Positions 8,541 through 17,243 of a stretch of DNA of 64,000 nucleotides are shown piece after piece (the first letter of the stretch is position 1; each line of letters begins with the position of its first letter). Below the pieces are notes generated by a model. The model saw only the letters and a list, made by a program, of their open reading frames with translations. It was not told where the DNA came from and made no database searches. Made by a program: the position numbers and the translations under genes. Origin of the DNA: Bacillota bacterium (GTDB taxonomy: Bacteria > Bacillota > Clostridia > Tissierellales > MES13); assembly GCA_009711765.1 (NCBI GenBank), contig VEND01000100.1, positions 1,561-65,560 on the forward strand, read 5' to 3'.

Positions 8541-10760
8541 TTAGACTATATCTAATTTATTTAAAAACACATCTACAACCCTAGGTGAAAATTGAGTCCC
8601 TTTATTTTTCTTTATTTCTTTTACTGCAATTTCTTTACTGAGGGCTTTTCTATAAGACCTATTAGAGGTCATTGCATCCCAAGTATCAGCTACTGTTAAA
8701 ATTTGTGATATTAAAGGTATTTCTTCTTTTTTAAGTCCATCAGGATATCCAAATCCATCCCATCTTTCATGATGATGTTTTACATACCTTGCGACATTTC
8801 TAAGTTCCTTTGAATCTTTTAATGTTTCGTATCCATATACAGGATGCTTTTTTATTATATTGTATTCTTCATCGGTTAATTTTTCTTTATTATTTAATAT
8901 TTCATATGGAATTAGAGTTTTTCCTATATCATGGATTATACCTGCCCAATAAGCTTTATCTACCCTTTCTTTATTTAATCCCATTTTTTCAGCTATTTTA
9001 GCTGCCAAATCCGCCACATTTTTTGAATGATTTTTTGTATAACTATCATGTATCTCTAACATATTAATCATAGATACTATAATCTCTCTATGAAAATCAT
9101 TCTGCATTTTATAATAGGTTTGTAGTTTATAAAATACCATATTTAAGTTTTTAAAATCTTTTATAAGTTTTATTGAGTCATTTTCAAATTTCTTTTCACT
9201 AAGTTTATCTATATCAATGTTCATCCCACAGCTTTTTTCTTCATTTATATATAGCGCAAACAATAATGTTTGCTTTGTAGGTTTTATTGCCTTATTGAAA
9301 GTATTTTTATCAACACTTACCTTTCTAAATAATTTTTCATCAATATTATCTATAATTTTTAATTCATCTTTTTTTAATTTAAATTCATTAATCCCTAAAT
9401 CTAGCTTATTTAAAGCATTTAGATTATGTCCTATAGCATCTATAAAAGTAAATTCATCTTGTTCATATGTATACACAGTTCCACAATCAGCTTCCGGTAT
9501 TATATTAATAGCTGTTCTTAACATATTAGATAAAAACTCATTTTCATCCTTTAACTTGAATTTACCCACATCTGAAGTTAAAGATATAACTTTTTCAAGT
9601 CCCTTTGCTATTGTATTTACTTCTTGATAAGATTCTTCTAATTCATCGTAACTATCTTTTAATTTATTATTTTTTGTATTTATGATTTCTATCATGTTTT
9701 TATAACTATTTTGTATTTTATTAATCTCTTTAAGTTTTGTCTTAGTAAATTTAAATGTATCATCAGTGTTTTGTTTATAATTATCCATATCACAAGCTAT
9801 ATATCCTAAAGGCATCATTATATTTTTCATTTCATCTATAAACATATTTCTTAATAGTAATAATATAAAAATTATAAAAACTATAATCATAATCATTACT
9901 AAAAACATTTTTTCTAAGACTTTATATCTTACCTTTACTCTTAAAAACTGCTTACCATATTTACTTTCCCACCCTTTATAAAAACTTTCAGTAAATAAAG
10001 TTTTTCTTTTACTTATAACTTCATTTTTATCTAAAGAATCAGTAAAATATTTTTTCTCTTTATCTGTGACTTTGTATTTACCAGTTAATAAAGAGTTAAA
10101 GTCATATGTTAACAAGTCAAATTCAGTATAATTACCCTTTTTTAAATACGTAAATTTATCTGTTATTTTTTTTGTGAATTTTTTAAAATTTAATCCTATT
10201 TCAAATACATTATCATCGGGCAATTTAATATATCCATAGAGTCGTACTTTATCATTTTTTGTTTCATTATCAAAGGGTAGCAATAATACTTCACCTTTTT
10301 CTAACATCTTTATCTTATCCCATATCGAAGGGTATTTTCTTAAATTTAGATATAAGTCATCTTCATAATTTGTTTTTCTAATTGTCCCTTTCTTATCTAA
10401 AAGATAATAGTTAGTTTCTGTTACTTTAAAATCATTTAAATTCTCAATATTTTTTCCTATATTTAATAAATAATTTTCCATGTAAGTATCATCGGAAAAC
10501 TTTGTATACTCATTATAGAAACGTACTAATTCTTCTTCTAATTCTTTATTATAATGATCTTGAGTTTCATATAATGTTTTTTCTAGTACTTTTACTAAAT
10601 TATTAAGTACTCCCTCTAGTTTTATTTTTTCTTGAGCATAATTCTCTTTATATACACTATATAAAAATGTAGTTGAAAGTAATAAAGTAATTATTAAAGT
10701 TATTAAAGTTATTCCATTAAACTTTCTTTTAATATAGGTTACTATTGAGTAATCTTCCAT
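8541..10760 (-). CDS. membrane sensor HD-GYP domain protein (c-di-GMP phosphodiesterase family)
   Basis: The C-terminus carries HDIGK and HHERWDGFGYP, the HD-GYP signature. There are two TM segments around an extracytoplasmic domain. Start moved to ATG 10760 (MEDYSIV), which has AGGAGGG upstream; the ORF-track start at 10817 has no RBS. Confidence 0.85.
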   Translation of the reverse strand: MEDYSIVTYIKRKFNGITLITLIITLLLSTTFLYSVYKENYAQEKIKLEGVLNNLVKVLEKTLYETQDHYNKELEEELVRFYNEYTKFSDDTYMENYLLNIGKNIENLNDFKVTETNYYLLDKKGTIRKTNYEDDLYLNLRKYPSIWDKIKMLEKGEVLLLPFDNETKNDKVRLYGYIKLPDDNVFEIGLNFKKFTKKITDKFTYLKKGNYTEFDLLTYDFNSLLTGKYKVTDKEKKYFTDSLDKNEVISKRKTLFTESFYKGWESKYGKQFLRVKVRYKVLEKMFLVMIMIIVFIIFILLLLRNMFIDEMKNIMMPLGYIACDMDNYKQNTDDTFKFTKTKLKEINKIQNSYKNMIEIINTKNNKLKDSYDELEESYQEVNTIAKGLEKVISLTSDVGKFKLKDENEFLSNMLRTAINIIPEADCGTVYTYEQDEFTFIDAIGHNLNALNKLDLGINEFKLKKDELKIIDNIDEKLFRKVSVDKNTFNKAIKPTKQTLLFALYINEEKSCGMNIDIDKLSEKKFENDSIKLIKDFKNLNMVFYKLQTYYKMQNDFHREIIVSMINMLEIHDSYTKNHSKNVADLAAKIAEKMGLNKERVDKAYWAGIIHDIGKTLIPYEILNNKEKLTDEEYNIIKKHPVYGYETLKDSKELRNVARYVKHHHERWDGFGYPDGLKKEEIPLISQILTVADTWDAMTSNRSYRKALSKEIAVKEIKKNKGTQFSPRVVDVFLNKLDIV

Positions 10761-10825
10761 ATTCCCTCCTAAAGTGATGTTTTTTATTATGTATCCAAAA
10801 ATATATGATTTAAACATTTTTCTGA

Positions 10826-10865
10826 AAAATATTGTCGAATTTTCTTTTTATTTCGACAATATTTT
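10826..10865. promoter_or_regulatory. perfect 14-bp inverted repeat; candidate operator between the divergent HD-GYP and MCP genes
   Basis: AAAATATTGTCGAA (10826-10839) and TTCGACAATATTTT (10852-10865) separated by a 12-nt spacer. No flanking T-run on either strand, so it is not a typical terminator. Confidence 0.45.
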
Positions 10866-11104
10866 ACATTAAATATTCACTTAATAACAAGTTTTAAGGC
10901 TGTTTTTTTAAATGAATTTTAAGCATTAAAATTTATTGCTTAATTTCAAATCCCCATAAATTAGCTATTTTGATTTGATATAAAACTTAATTTATGGTAC
11001 TATTGAGGTGCTTGACTTGTTGATTTTGTCATACAAACTCAAATTTTGTCGAATTTCAAAGACCTATAAGTCTCTGACATAAAAAATATTTTAAGGAGGT
11101 CATT

Positions 11105-12418
11105 ATGGAAAAAGTAAAAGGTTTATCAAAATTTAAATCACTCAAATTCACAAACTCTATTTTATTTAAATTCATCATCCTTACAGTTATAGCCCAACTA
11201 GGAACCCCCTTTATAGCGACTTTTATTAATAAGTATGTAAACAAATTTTCTGTATTAAATATTGATATCGGAGCCTACGTTGCTTCATTTATGAATATTA
11301 TAATACTCACTATAGTTATTACTATATTAGTAAAAAAAATAATATTATCAAGGATATCTGAACTTATGGAGTTCTCAGAAAAGGTAGCTAAGGGAAATTT
11401 AAAAAATAGACTTTCTTTAGACAAAAAAGATGAAGTAACTCTTTTAGCCAAAGAAATAAATAAAATGGTAGATCACTTAGCTGACTTAGTTAAAAATACC
11501 ACCGAATCCGTTGAAAAAGTTTCAGATATTTCTCTAGATGTAAATAAAAGTACTGATACTGTGGATAAAGCTATGTCAGGTATAGCAAGTAAAACTGAAT
11601 CTATAAATGAAAGTATGTTAAATATAAACAACTACATAGAAGATACTAAAAACCATTTCTCAAATCTTAATGAAATGTCTCAAGGCATAACAGCAAGTTC
11701 TGAAGAAGCAGCCTCTTTTACAACTAATGTTAATCAAATAGTTTCAGATGGAAAAAATAAAAATGATGATGTAGTTAAAGGTATTGATAATTTAGATAAG
11801 TCCTTTGATATGGTAGAAGATTCATCTAATATATTAAAAGAAAAATCAGAAGAAATACAAAAGATTACTGAAACAGTTAATAAAATAGCTGAACAAACAA
11901 CTATACTTGCTTTAAATGCTAAAATAGAAAGTGCTAAAACTAATAGTATAAAAGAAGGTAATGGCTTTGGAGTAGTTGCTGAAGAAATAAGAAATTTAGC
12001 TGAAGATACAGCAACTTCTATATCTGAAATTGAAAATGTTATTAATGCCATAAAATCAGAAATTAAAAATCTAAATACAGAAACTGAAAACGTATCAAAT
12101 GTTATTGAAAATATAAAAGAAGTATCCAATTCATCCAATGAACTATACGAAAAAATCCAAAATGAAATATCATCAGTTAATTCTATGGTTCAAGAAATTT
12201 CTGCTTCTAATGAAGAACAAACTGCTACTGTAGAAGATATATCCTCTACAATGGAAAGTATAAGTAAAAAAACTAATGATGTATTAGAATCTATAGAAAA
12301 TACAACAGCTTTAATGGAAGAAACTACAGGTTCTGTAAATAAAATTTCAGAATCGGTTGATTTATTATCAGAAAATGCAGATGAAACTAAGGAAAAAATA
12401 TATAAGCTAAAGATATAA
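11105..12418 (+). CDS. methyl-accepting chemotaxis protein (short, divergent signalling domain)
   Basis: 437 aa with two TM segments and a HAMP domain (LAKEINKMVDHL). The signalling hairpin IAEQTTILALNAKIESAKT...GFGVVAEEIRNLAEDT diverges from the canonical [19 protein letters not shown]. Confidence 0.85.
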   Translation: MEKVKGLSKFKSLKFTNSILFKFIILTVIAQLGTPFIATFINKYVNKFSVLNIDIGAYVASFMNIIILTIVITILVKKIILSRISELMEFSEKVAKGNLKNRLSLDKKDEVTLLAKEINKMVDHLADLVKNTTESVEKVSDISLDVNKSTDTVDKAMSGIASKTESINESMLNINNYIEDTKNHFSNLNEMSQGITASSEEAASFTTNVNQIVSDGKNKNDDVVKGIDNLDKSFDMVEDSSNILKEKSEEIQKITETVNKIAEQTTILALNAKIESAKTNSIKEGNGFGVVAEEIRNLAEDTATSISEIENVINAIKSEIKNLNTETENVSNVIENIKEVSNSSNELYEKIQNEISSVNSMVQEISASNEEQTATVEDISSTMESISKKTNDVLESIENTTALMEETTGSVNKISESVDLLSENADETKEKIYKLKI

Positions 12419-12496
12419 TCATACTAGGCCTTCCTGCCTCTCCTATTACCTTTTTACCTACAATCTCTAAAATAATTGATATTTAATATAAAGAAA

Positions 12497-12524
12497 CTGA
12501 GGATAAAAATCCTCAGTTTTTTTT
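12497..12524 (+). terminator. rho-independent terminator
   Basis: CTGAGGAT-AAAA-ATCCTCAG hairpin followed by T8. Confidence 0.85.
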
Positions 12525-12532
12525 AATATAGA

Positions 12533-13951
12533 TTATTTAATTTTGATATCTAAACTATTAACTACATCTAAAATATATTCCCTAGATTTGTTAGTATCCT
12601 CCATTAAAAACTCAATATCTTCATTATCTAATTCTTTAATATTATTCTTTTGTATTGCATTTTTAATTAAACTTTTCTTCAATTTATCTAAACTTAAATC
12701 ATTAACTTTTAATTGTTCAAAACTTTCTGGTATGATTACACTTTCTCCTGGAACACTATCTTCAGGTTTTCCTCTTTTAACCTCTATTCCATTTTCTCTA
12801 GCAAAGGTTAACTGGGCCGTTGGATGCTTACCTGCTCCTGTATATTCTGTTTCTTGTACTACTATAGTTTTATCTTCATCCATTTCCTTAGCAATAGCAA
12901 CTGCAGCAGCTAAAGAAGTGTTTCCAGCAGGTCCTCTTTCTAGACCTTCTAATTGGGCTAATGCTTCAGTTACATAGAATACTTCCCCTTGAGTCAATGT
13001 AACATATCTATCCATATATCTCAATACCCTTGCTGCATTTCTAGGAACATCTGCCCTATCAGGCCAAGTTGCAAAAGGAACACCAAATCCTGTATGTCCA
13101 GTTGTAAATGATTTTTTATTAAAATCATTGTCTGATGCCATATGTAGTCCTGTTAAATCGACTGAAGCACCAAATATCTTTGTATCTTTAGCACCTTGTT
13201 TTATTAATCCTCTAGCTGTTCCTGTTAAATTTCCTCCACCTGCATTTGTTGCAATAACAACATCAGGATACTTTCCTTCCTTTTCAAGCATTTGATTAGC
13301 AAGTTCTGATCCTAAAGTTTCTACTCCTGCAATACCAAAGGGTGTATATAAAGAAGCATTAAAATAACCTGTCTCTTCTAATAGTTTTAAAAAAGTATAA
13401 AATAACTCAGGTCCTACTGTAAGCTGTACAACTTCAGCTCCGTAAGCCTCACATTTTCTTGCCTTTTCTAATATTTCAGGCTGTCCTATTTTCCTAGAAT
13501 CGTAAACCTCTTGTACGATTATGCATTTAAGTCCCCTTTGAAGAGCTTGAGCTGCGACAGCTGCACCATAATTACCACTGGTTGCTGCAATTACACCTTT
13601 ATATCCGTGTTTTTCAGCATGATATACAGACACAGCAGCTCTTCTAGCTTTAAATGATCCAGATGAATTAACTGCTTCATCCTTTAAAAATACCCTAGCT
13701 CCTTTTCCCTTAGGAGAATATTTCTTTATTAATTTATTTATATTCTTAAGCTCATATAATGGGGTATTTCCTACCTTTGTTTCATTTTGAATTTTTCTAA
13801 CTTCTTCTAAAGAATAACCAACCTTTTTCATCATCTCTTCATAATCAAAGGCTATTTGTCCATAATCAAACACCTCATAATCAATACCTACTGCTTTTTT
13901 CATAATCTCATTTTTTCTAGCCATAATAGCTTCATACGAAATATCTCTCAT
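12533..13951 (-). CDS. ortB: 2-amino-4-oxopentanoate thiolase beta subunit (OrtB-like, PLP fold-type II)
   Basis: 472 aa with PLP-lysine motif SSGSFKARRA and glycine loop TNAGGGNLTG. It lies directly downstream of a 101-aa OrtA-sized gene, and the size and pairing match the OrtA/OrtB thiolase. Confidence 0.7.
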   Translation of the reverse strand: MRDISYEAIMARKNEIMKKAVGIDYEVFDYGQIAFDYEEMMKKVGYSLEEVRKIQNETKVGNTPLYELKNINKLIKKYSPKGKGARVFLKDEAVNSSGSFKARRAAVSVYHAEKHGYKGVIAATSGNYGAAVAAQALQRGLKCIIVQEVYDSRKIGQPEILEKARKCEAYGAEVVQLTVGPELFYTFLKLLEETGYFNASLYTPFGIAGVETLGSELANQMLEKEGKYPDVVIATNAGGGNLTGTARGLIKQGAKDTKIFGASVDLTGLHMASDNDFNKKSFTTGHTGFGVPFATWPDRADVPRNAARVLRYMDRYVTLTQGEVFYVTEALAQLEGLERGPAGNTSLAAAVAIAKEMDEDKTIVVQETEYTGAGKHPTAQLTFARENGIEVKRGKPEDSVPGESVIIPESFEQLKVNDLSLDKLKKSLIKNAIQKNNIKELDNEDIEFLMEDTNKSREYILDVVNSLDIKIK

Positions 13952-13981
13952 TCTAACATCTCCTCTAAAATAATTTTAGAT

Positions 13982-14287
13982 TTAGTCTAACTTAATTATT
14001 TCATCCCTAAGTTCTATACCTACATCGATAAGTTCCTTAATAGGTTCTCCAAAATTATGAACATGCTTTGGATTTATATCTGATAATTTTCCTTTAACTT
14101 TTCTACCTATAAGTGTTTTAATCTCAACTTCATCGCCTATATTAGCTTCTTCAGTTATCATATATCCCTTAAACCATTGTACTAATGGTACTTTCTTTGT
14201 ATCTAAAGGCAAATGCTTAGCCCTTTTTTCAGGTTCTAATAAAATCTCTTCTATTTCAACCCATTCTCCACGTTTTACTTGTTTCAT
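13982..14287 (-). CDS. ortA: 2-amino-4-oxopentanoate thiolase alpha subunit (OrtA-like)
   Basis: 101 aa, immediately upstream of the OrtB-like gene. Its start abuts the stop of the NhaC-family gene (14287/14288). Confidence 0.6.
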   Translation of the reverse strand: MKQVKRGEWVEIEEILLEPEKRAKHLPLDTKKVPLVQWFKGYMITEEANIGDEVEIKTLIGRKVKGKLSDINPKHVHNFGEPIKELIDVGIELRDEIIKLD

Positions 14288-15715
14288 TTATGCCATCTCC
14301 TTTTCTAAACTTTTTACAGGTTCTCCGTTAGGACCTATATACTCTCTACCCCAACCAGAAATTACAGCAAAAATCATAATTGCTAGCATTATCCAACTAT
14401 AAAAAATCCAAGGTGTCATCTGTGTTGTTTCAAATACTGGAACTAAATCCCCAAACTGTGAATTTGCATTTTCAGCTAATGATTTTACTAATAATAAAGC
14501 TGGTGTCCAAGGTAATGAATAAACCAATGTACAAGCTGTTGCATCTAAAAGATTTGCTCTTCTATAAGGATGTATTTTATATTTTTCTCCTAAAGGTTTT
14601 GCATAAAATGTACCTAGTGCTAATATCGGAGGTGCATTTAATCCCATAATAGCTGACATAGTAATTATTAACGTTATCATTGATACTTCTACTCCTCTAG
14701 CAGTTTTAACAAACTTATTAGCTAAACCTATTAATGCTTTATCTCCTCCACCTTCTTTCATTATGTTTACACAAGCAAGGATCAATAAGGCTAAAATTGA
14801 GATATCAACCATACCTCCTATACCATCTACTAAAAGTCCTTTAGCTGCTCCATCTTCAACATAAAGTAGTTTTGATATACTATTTAAACCAAATATCTGT
14901 GCTGTAATAGCCGCTACTACAGTACCTATTGTTGTAGCTGTTATTATATGTGCTCCTCTTATTGCAATAAAAATTGTTAAAAACGCTGGTATAAGCATTA
15001 CTAATCCTGTTGGATTCATATACTGAGCTAGTGTTTCATATGGTACATTTTGTACAGTATTTCCTCCACCGAAAAATGCAAATAATACTAAAGTAATACC
15101 TCCAGCTAATAAAGAATATTTTAGTCTTGATTTAACAACTCCACCTACATCTGTACCTTGACTTGCAGCTGAACTAATAGTTGTATCAGATAATGGAGCT
15201 AAATTATCTCCAAAAGTTCCTCCTCCAACTATTGCTCCTATTAAAGCTAAAGGATTAGCACCTAATAAAGCTCCTGCTGGATATAAAACTGCCATACCTG
15301 CTACTATAGTACCAAAACCTGTACCTGCTGCTGTAGCAAATAATGCACTTGCTAAAAATGTAATAATAACAAATAAAGTTCCTTTTGCTCCAATATGATA
15401 TGCAACCCAAATTATACCTTCAACTAAACCAGAAGATCTTAATACTGTTGCAAAAACTCCTGCAAATATCCAACATGCTACTGGAATTATAGCAATTTTA
15501 TCTGCCATACCTTCAATAACTACATTTGCATAATTCTCTTTATTCCTTGCAAAGAAAAATGTTAACATAATTCCTCCAAGGGCTCCTACCCACATACCCC
15601 TTACATCCGGTGCCTTTAATAAAGATATATAAATAGCAACAAATACAAAAACACCAAAGGGTAAAAAGGATGTCCACCCTCCTCCTATTAAATCTAATTT
15701 CTTTTTATTTTCCAT
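14288..15715 (-). CDS. NhaC-family Na+/H+ antiporter-type transporter
   Basis: About 475 aa and highly hydrophobic (about 11-12 TM). Start placed at ATG 15715, with AAAGGAGGAG 5 nt upstream. The ORF-track GTG at 15721 abuts the RBS. Confidence 0.75.
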   Translation of the reverse strand: MENKKKLDLIGGGWTSFLPFGVFVFVAIYISLLKAPDVRGMWVGALGGIMLTFFFARNKENYANVVIEGMADKIAIIPVACWIFAGVFATVLRSSGLVEGIIWVAYHIGAKGTLFVIITFLASALFATAAGTGFGTIVAGMAVLYPAGALLGANPLALIGAIVGGGTFGDNLAPLSDTTISSAASQGTDVGGVVKSRLKYSLLAGGITLVLFAFFGGGNTVQNVPYETLAQYMNPTGLVMLIPAFLTIFIAIRGAHIITATTIGTVVAAITAQIFGLNSISKLLYVEDGAAKGLLVDGIGGMVDISILALLILACVNIMKEGGGDKALIGLANKFVKTARGVEVSMITLIITMSAIMGLNAPPILALGTFYAKPLGEKYKIHPYRRANLLDATACTLVYSLPWTPALLLVKSLAENANSQFGDLVPVFETTQMTPWIFYSWIMLAIMIFAVISGWGREYIGPNGEPVKSLEKEMA

Positions 15716-15750
15716 ATACACTCCTCCTTTTATATTTACTAAATATATTT

Positions 15751-15766
15751 TGCAATTTCCATACCA
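15751..15766 (-). promoter_or_regulatory. sigma-54 (-24/-12) promoter for nhaC-ortA-ortB
   Basis: Minus strand reads TTGGTATGGAAATTGCA. The GG and GC dinucleotides have the consensus TGGCAC-N5-TTGCW spacing. It lies about 35 nt upstream of the start codon and next to a sigma-54 activator gene. Confidence 0.65.
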
Positions 15767-15843
15767 AAAGATTGAAAATTCTTAGAAGTTAGTGTATATG
15801 AAGGTTTTCATAGTTTAGCTAAAAAAAAATTATAACTTATAGT

Positions 15844-15892
15844 AAAAAAACTAGGAAATAAATTTCCTAGCGATTAGAAATTTATTTCCTAG
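15844..15892 (-). terminator. terminator of the kinase/activator operon (16-bp perfect inverted repeat); may double as an activator binding site
   Basis: CTAGGAAATAAATTTC (15851-15866) and GAAATTTATTTCCTAG (15877-15892) with a 10-nt loop. A T7 run follows on the minus strand (15844-15850), directly after the stop at 15894. Confidence 0.7.
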
Positions 15893-15893
15893 T

Positions 15894-17243
15894 TTACTTT
15901 AAATCATATTCTACTATCTTATTAAATAACTGACGTCTACTAATATCTATATTTTTAGCAGCCTTTGTTATATTTCCATTGTATTTTTGTAAAACATTTT
16001 TAATATATTTTATTTCTGCTTCTTTTCTTATTTCTTTTAAACTCTTATTATAATATAATTTTTCCTTTTTATTTTGATACCCAGGTAAATCATTTGCTCT
16101 TATAACCCCACCTTCTGAAAGTACCACTAATCTCTCTACAATATTTTTTAACTCCCTTATATTTCCTGGATAATCATAGTTAAGTAAAAAGTCAAGGACT
16201 TCCTTTTCTATATCAAAAACCTTTTTTTTCATCTCCTTAGATTTTTTATCTAAAAAGAAATTAACAAACATCTTTAAATCTTCTTTTCTTTCCCTTAAAG
16301 GTGGTATATCTAAAATTATTGTATTCATTCTATAAAATAAATCTTCCCTAAAATTACCCTTTTTAACTTCATCGGGTATATCTCTATTTGTAGCACTTAT
16401 AAATCGTAAATCCAAATTTATTGTTTTATTACTACCTATTCTTTGAATATTTTTATTTTCTATGACCCTTAATAACTTTGTCTGTACACTTAAGGGCATC
16501 TCACCTATTTCATCTAAAAAAAGTGTTCCTTTGTGGGCTTGTTCAAATCTTCCTACCCTTTTATCAACGGCTCCTGTAAATGCTCCTTTTTCATGTCCAA
16601 ATAATTCTGATTCTAACAAATTTTCAGAGAATGATTGACAATTAACTGCTACAAATCGTTCATTATTTCTATAACTACATTCATGGATATATCTAGATAA
16701 TATTTCCTTTCCAACGCCTGACTCTCCCATTATTAACACATTTACATCTGTATTTGCTACTTTCTCAGCTACATTAATTACCTCACTAAACTTTTTATTT
16801 TTTGTTTTTAATAATGAATTTCTATTAACCTCATTTTTTTTTAATAATATATTATCAGATTTTAGTTTAGTAAGCCTTTGTACTTTTTTTATTTCTAATA
16901 GTAACTCTTCAGGGTCGTGTCCTTTAATAAAATATCCATATGCACCTTTTTTCATAGCTTCAACAGCATTTTTAACTGAGCCATAACCTGTTACTAAAAT
17001 AACTTCTAAATCATGATACTTTTTATTTATTTTTTCTAAAAGTTCTATACCATCCATTTTATCCATTATTAAATCAGTTAAAACTAAATGAAACTTTTCT
17101 TTTTTTAATTTATTTAAAGCCTCTAAAGCTGAGTTAGCTGAGCTTATATTATAACCTTTTTCATTTAAAATCATTTCTAATACATCTAAGTATTCCCTTT
17201 CATCATCAACTATTAAAATATTAAAATCTTCATTATTTATCAT
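15894..17243 (-). CDS. sigma-54-dependent response regulator (NtrC family: REC + AAA+ + Fis-type HTH)
   Basis: 449 aa. REC domain (ILIVDDE...LTDLIM), Walker A GESGVGKE, sigma-54 contact loop GAFTGA (ESELFGHEKGAFTGA), and a C-terminal HTH (NITKAAKNIDISRRQLFNKI). Confidence 0.9.
   Translation of the reverse strand: MINNEDFNILIVDDEREYLDVLEMILNEKGYNISSANSALEALNKLKKEKFHLVLTDLIMDKMDGIELLEKINKKYHDLEVILVTGYGSVKNAVEAMKKGAYGYFIKGHDPEELLLEIKKVQRLTKLKSDNILLKKNEVNRNSLLKTKNKKFSEVINVAEKVANTDVNVLIMGESGVGKEILSRYIHECSYRNNERFVAVNCQSFSENLLESELFGHEKGAFTGAVDKRVGRFEQAHKGTLFLDEIGEMPLSVQTKLLRVIENKNIQRIGSNKTINLDLRFISATNRDIPDEVKKGNFREDLFYRMNTIILDIPPLRERKEDLKMFVNFFLDKKSKEMKKKVFDIEKEVLDFLLNYDYPGNIRELKNIVERLVVLSEGGVIRANDLPGYQNKKEKLYYNKSLKEIRKEAEIKYIKNVLQKYNGNITKAAKNIDISRRQLFNKIVEYDLK

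Noticed and set aside
15851-15892. 16-bp perfect inverted repeat considered primarily as the sigma-54 activator enhancer (UAS)
   Set aside because: It lies immediately after the activator gene stop and is followed by T7 on the coding strand, so an intrinsic terminator is the simpler reading. A dual role remains possible and is noted in the sigma-54 finding.
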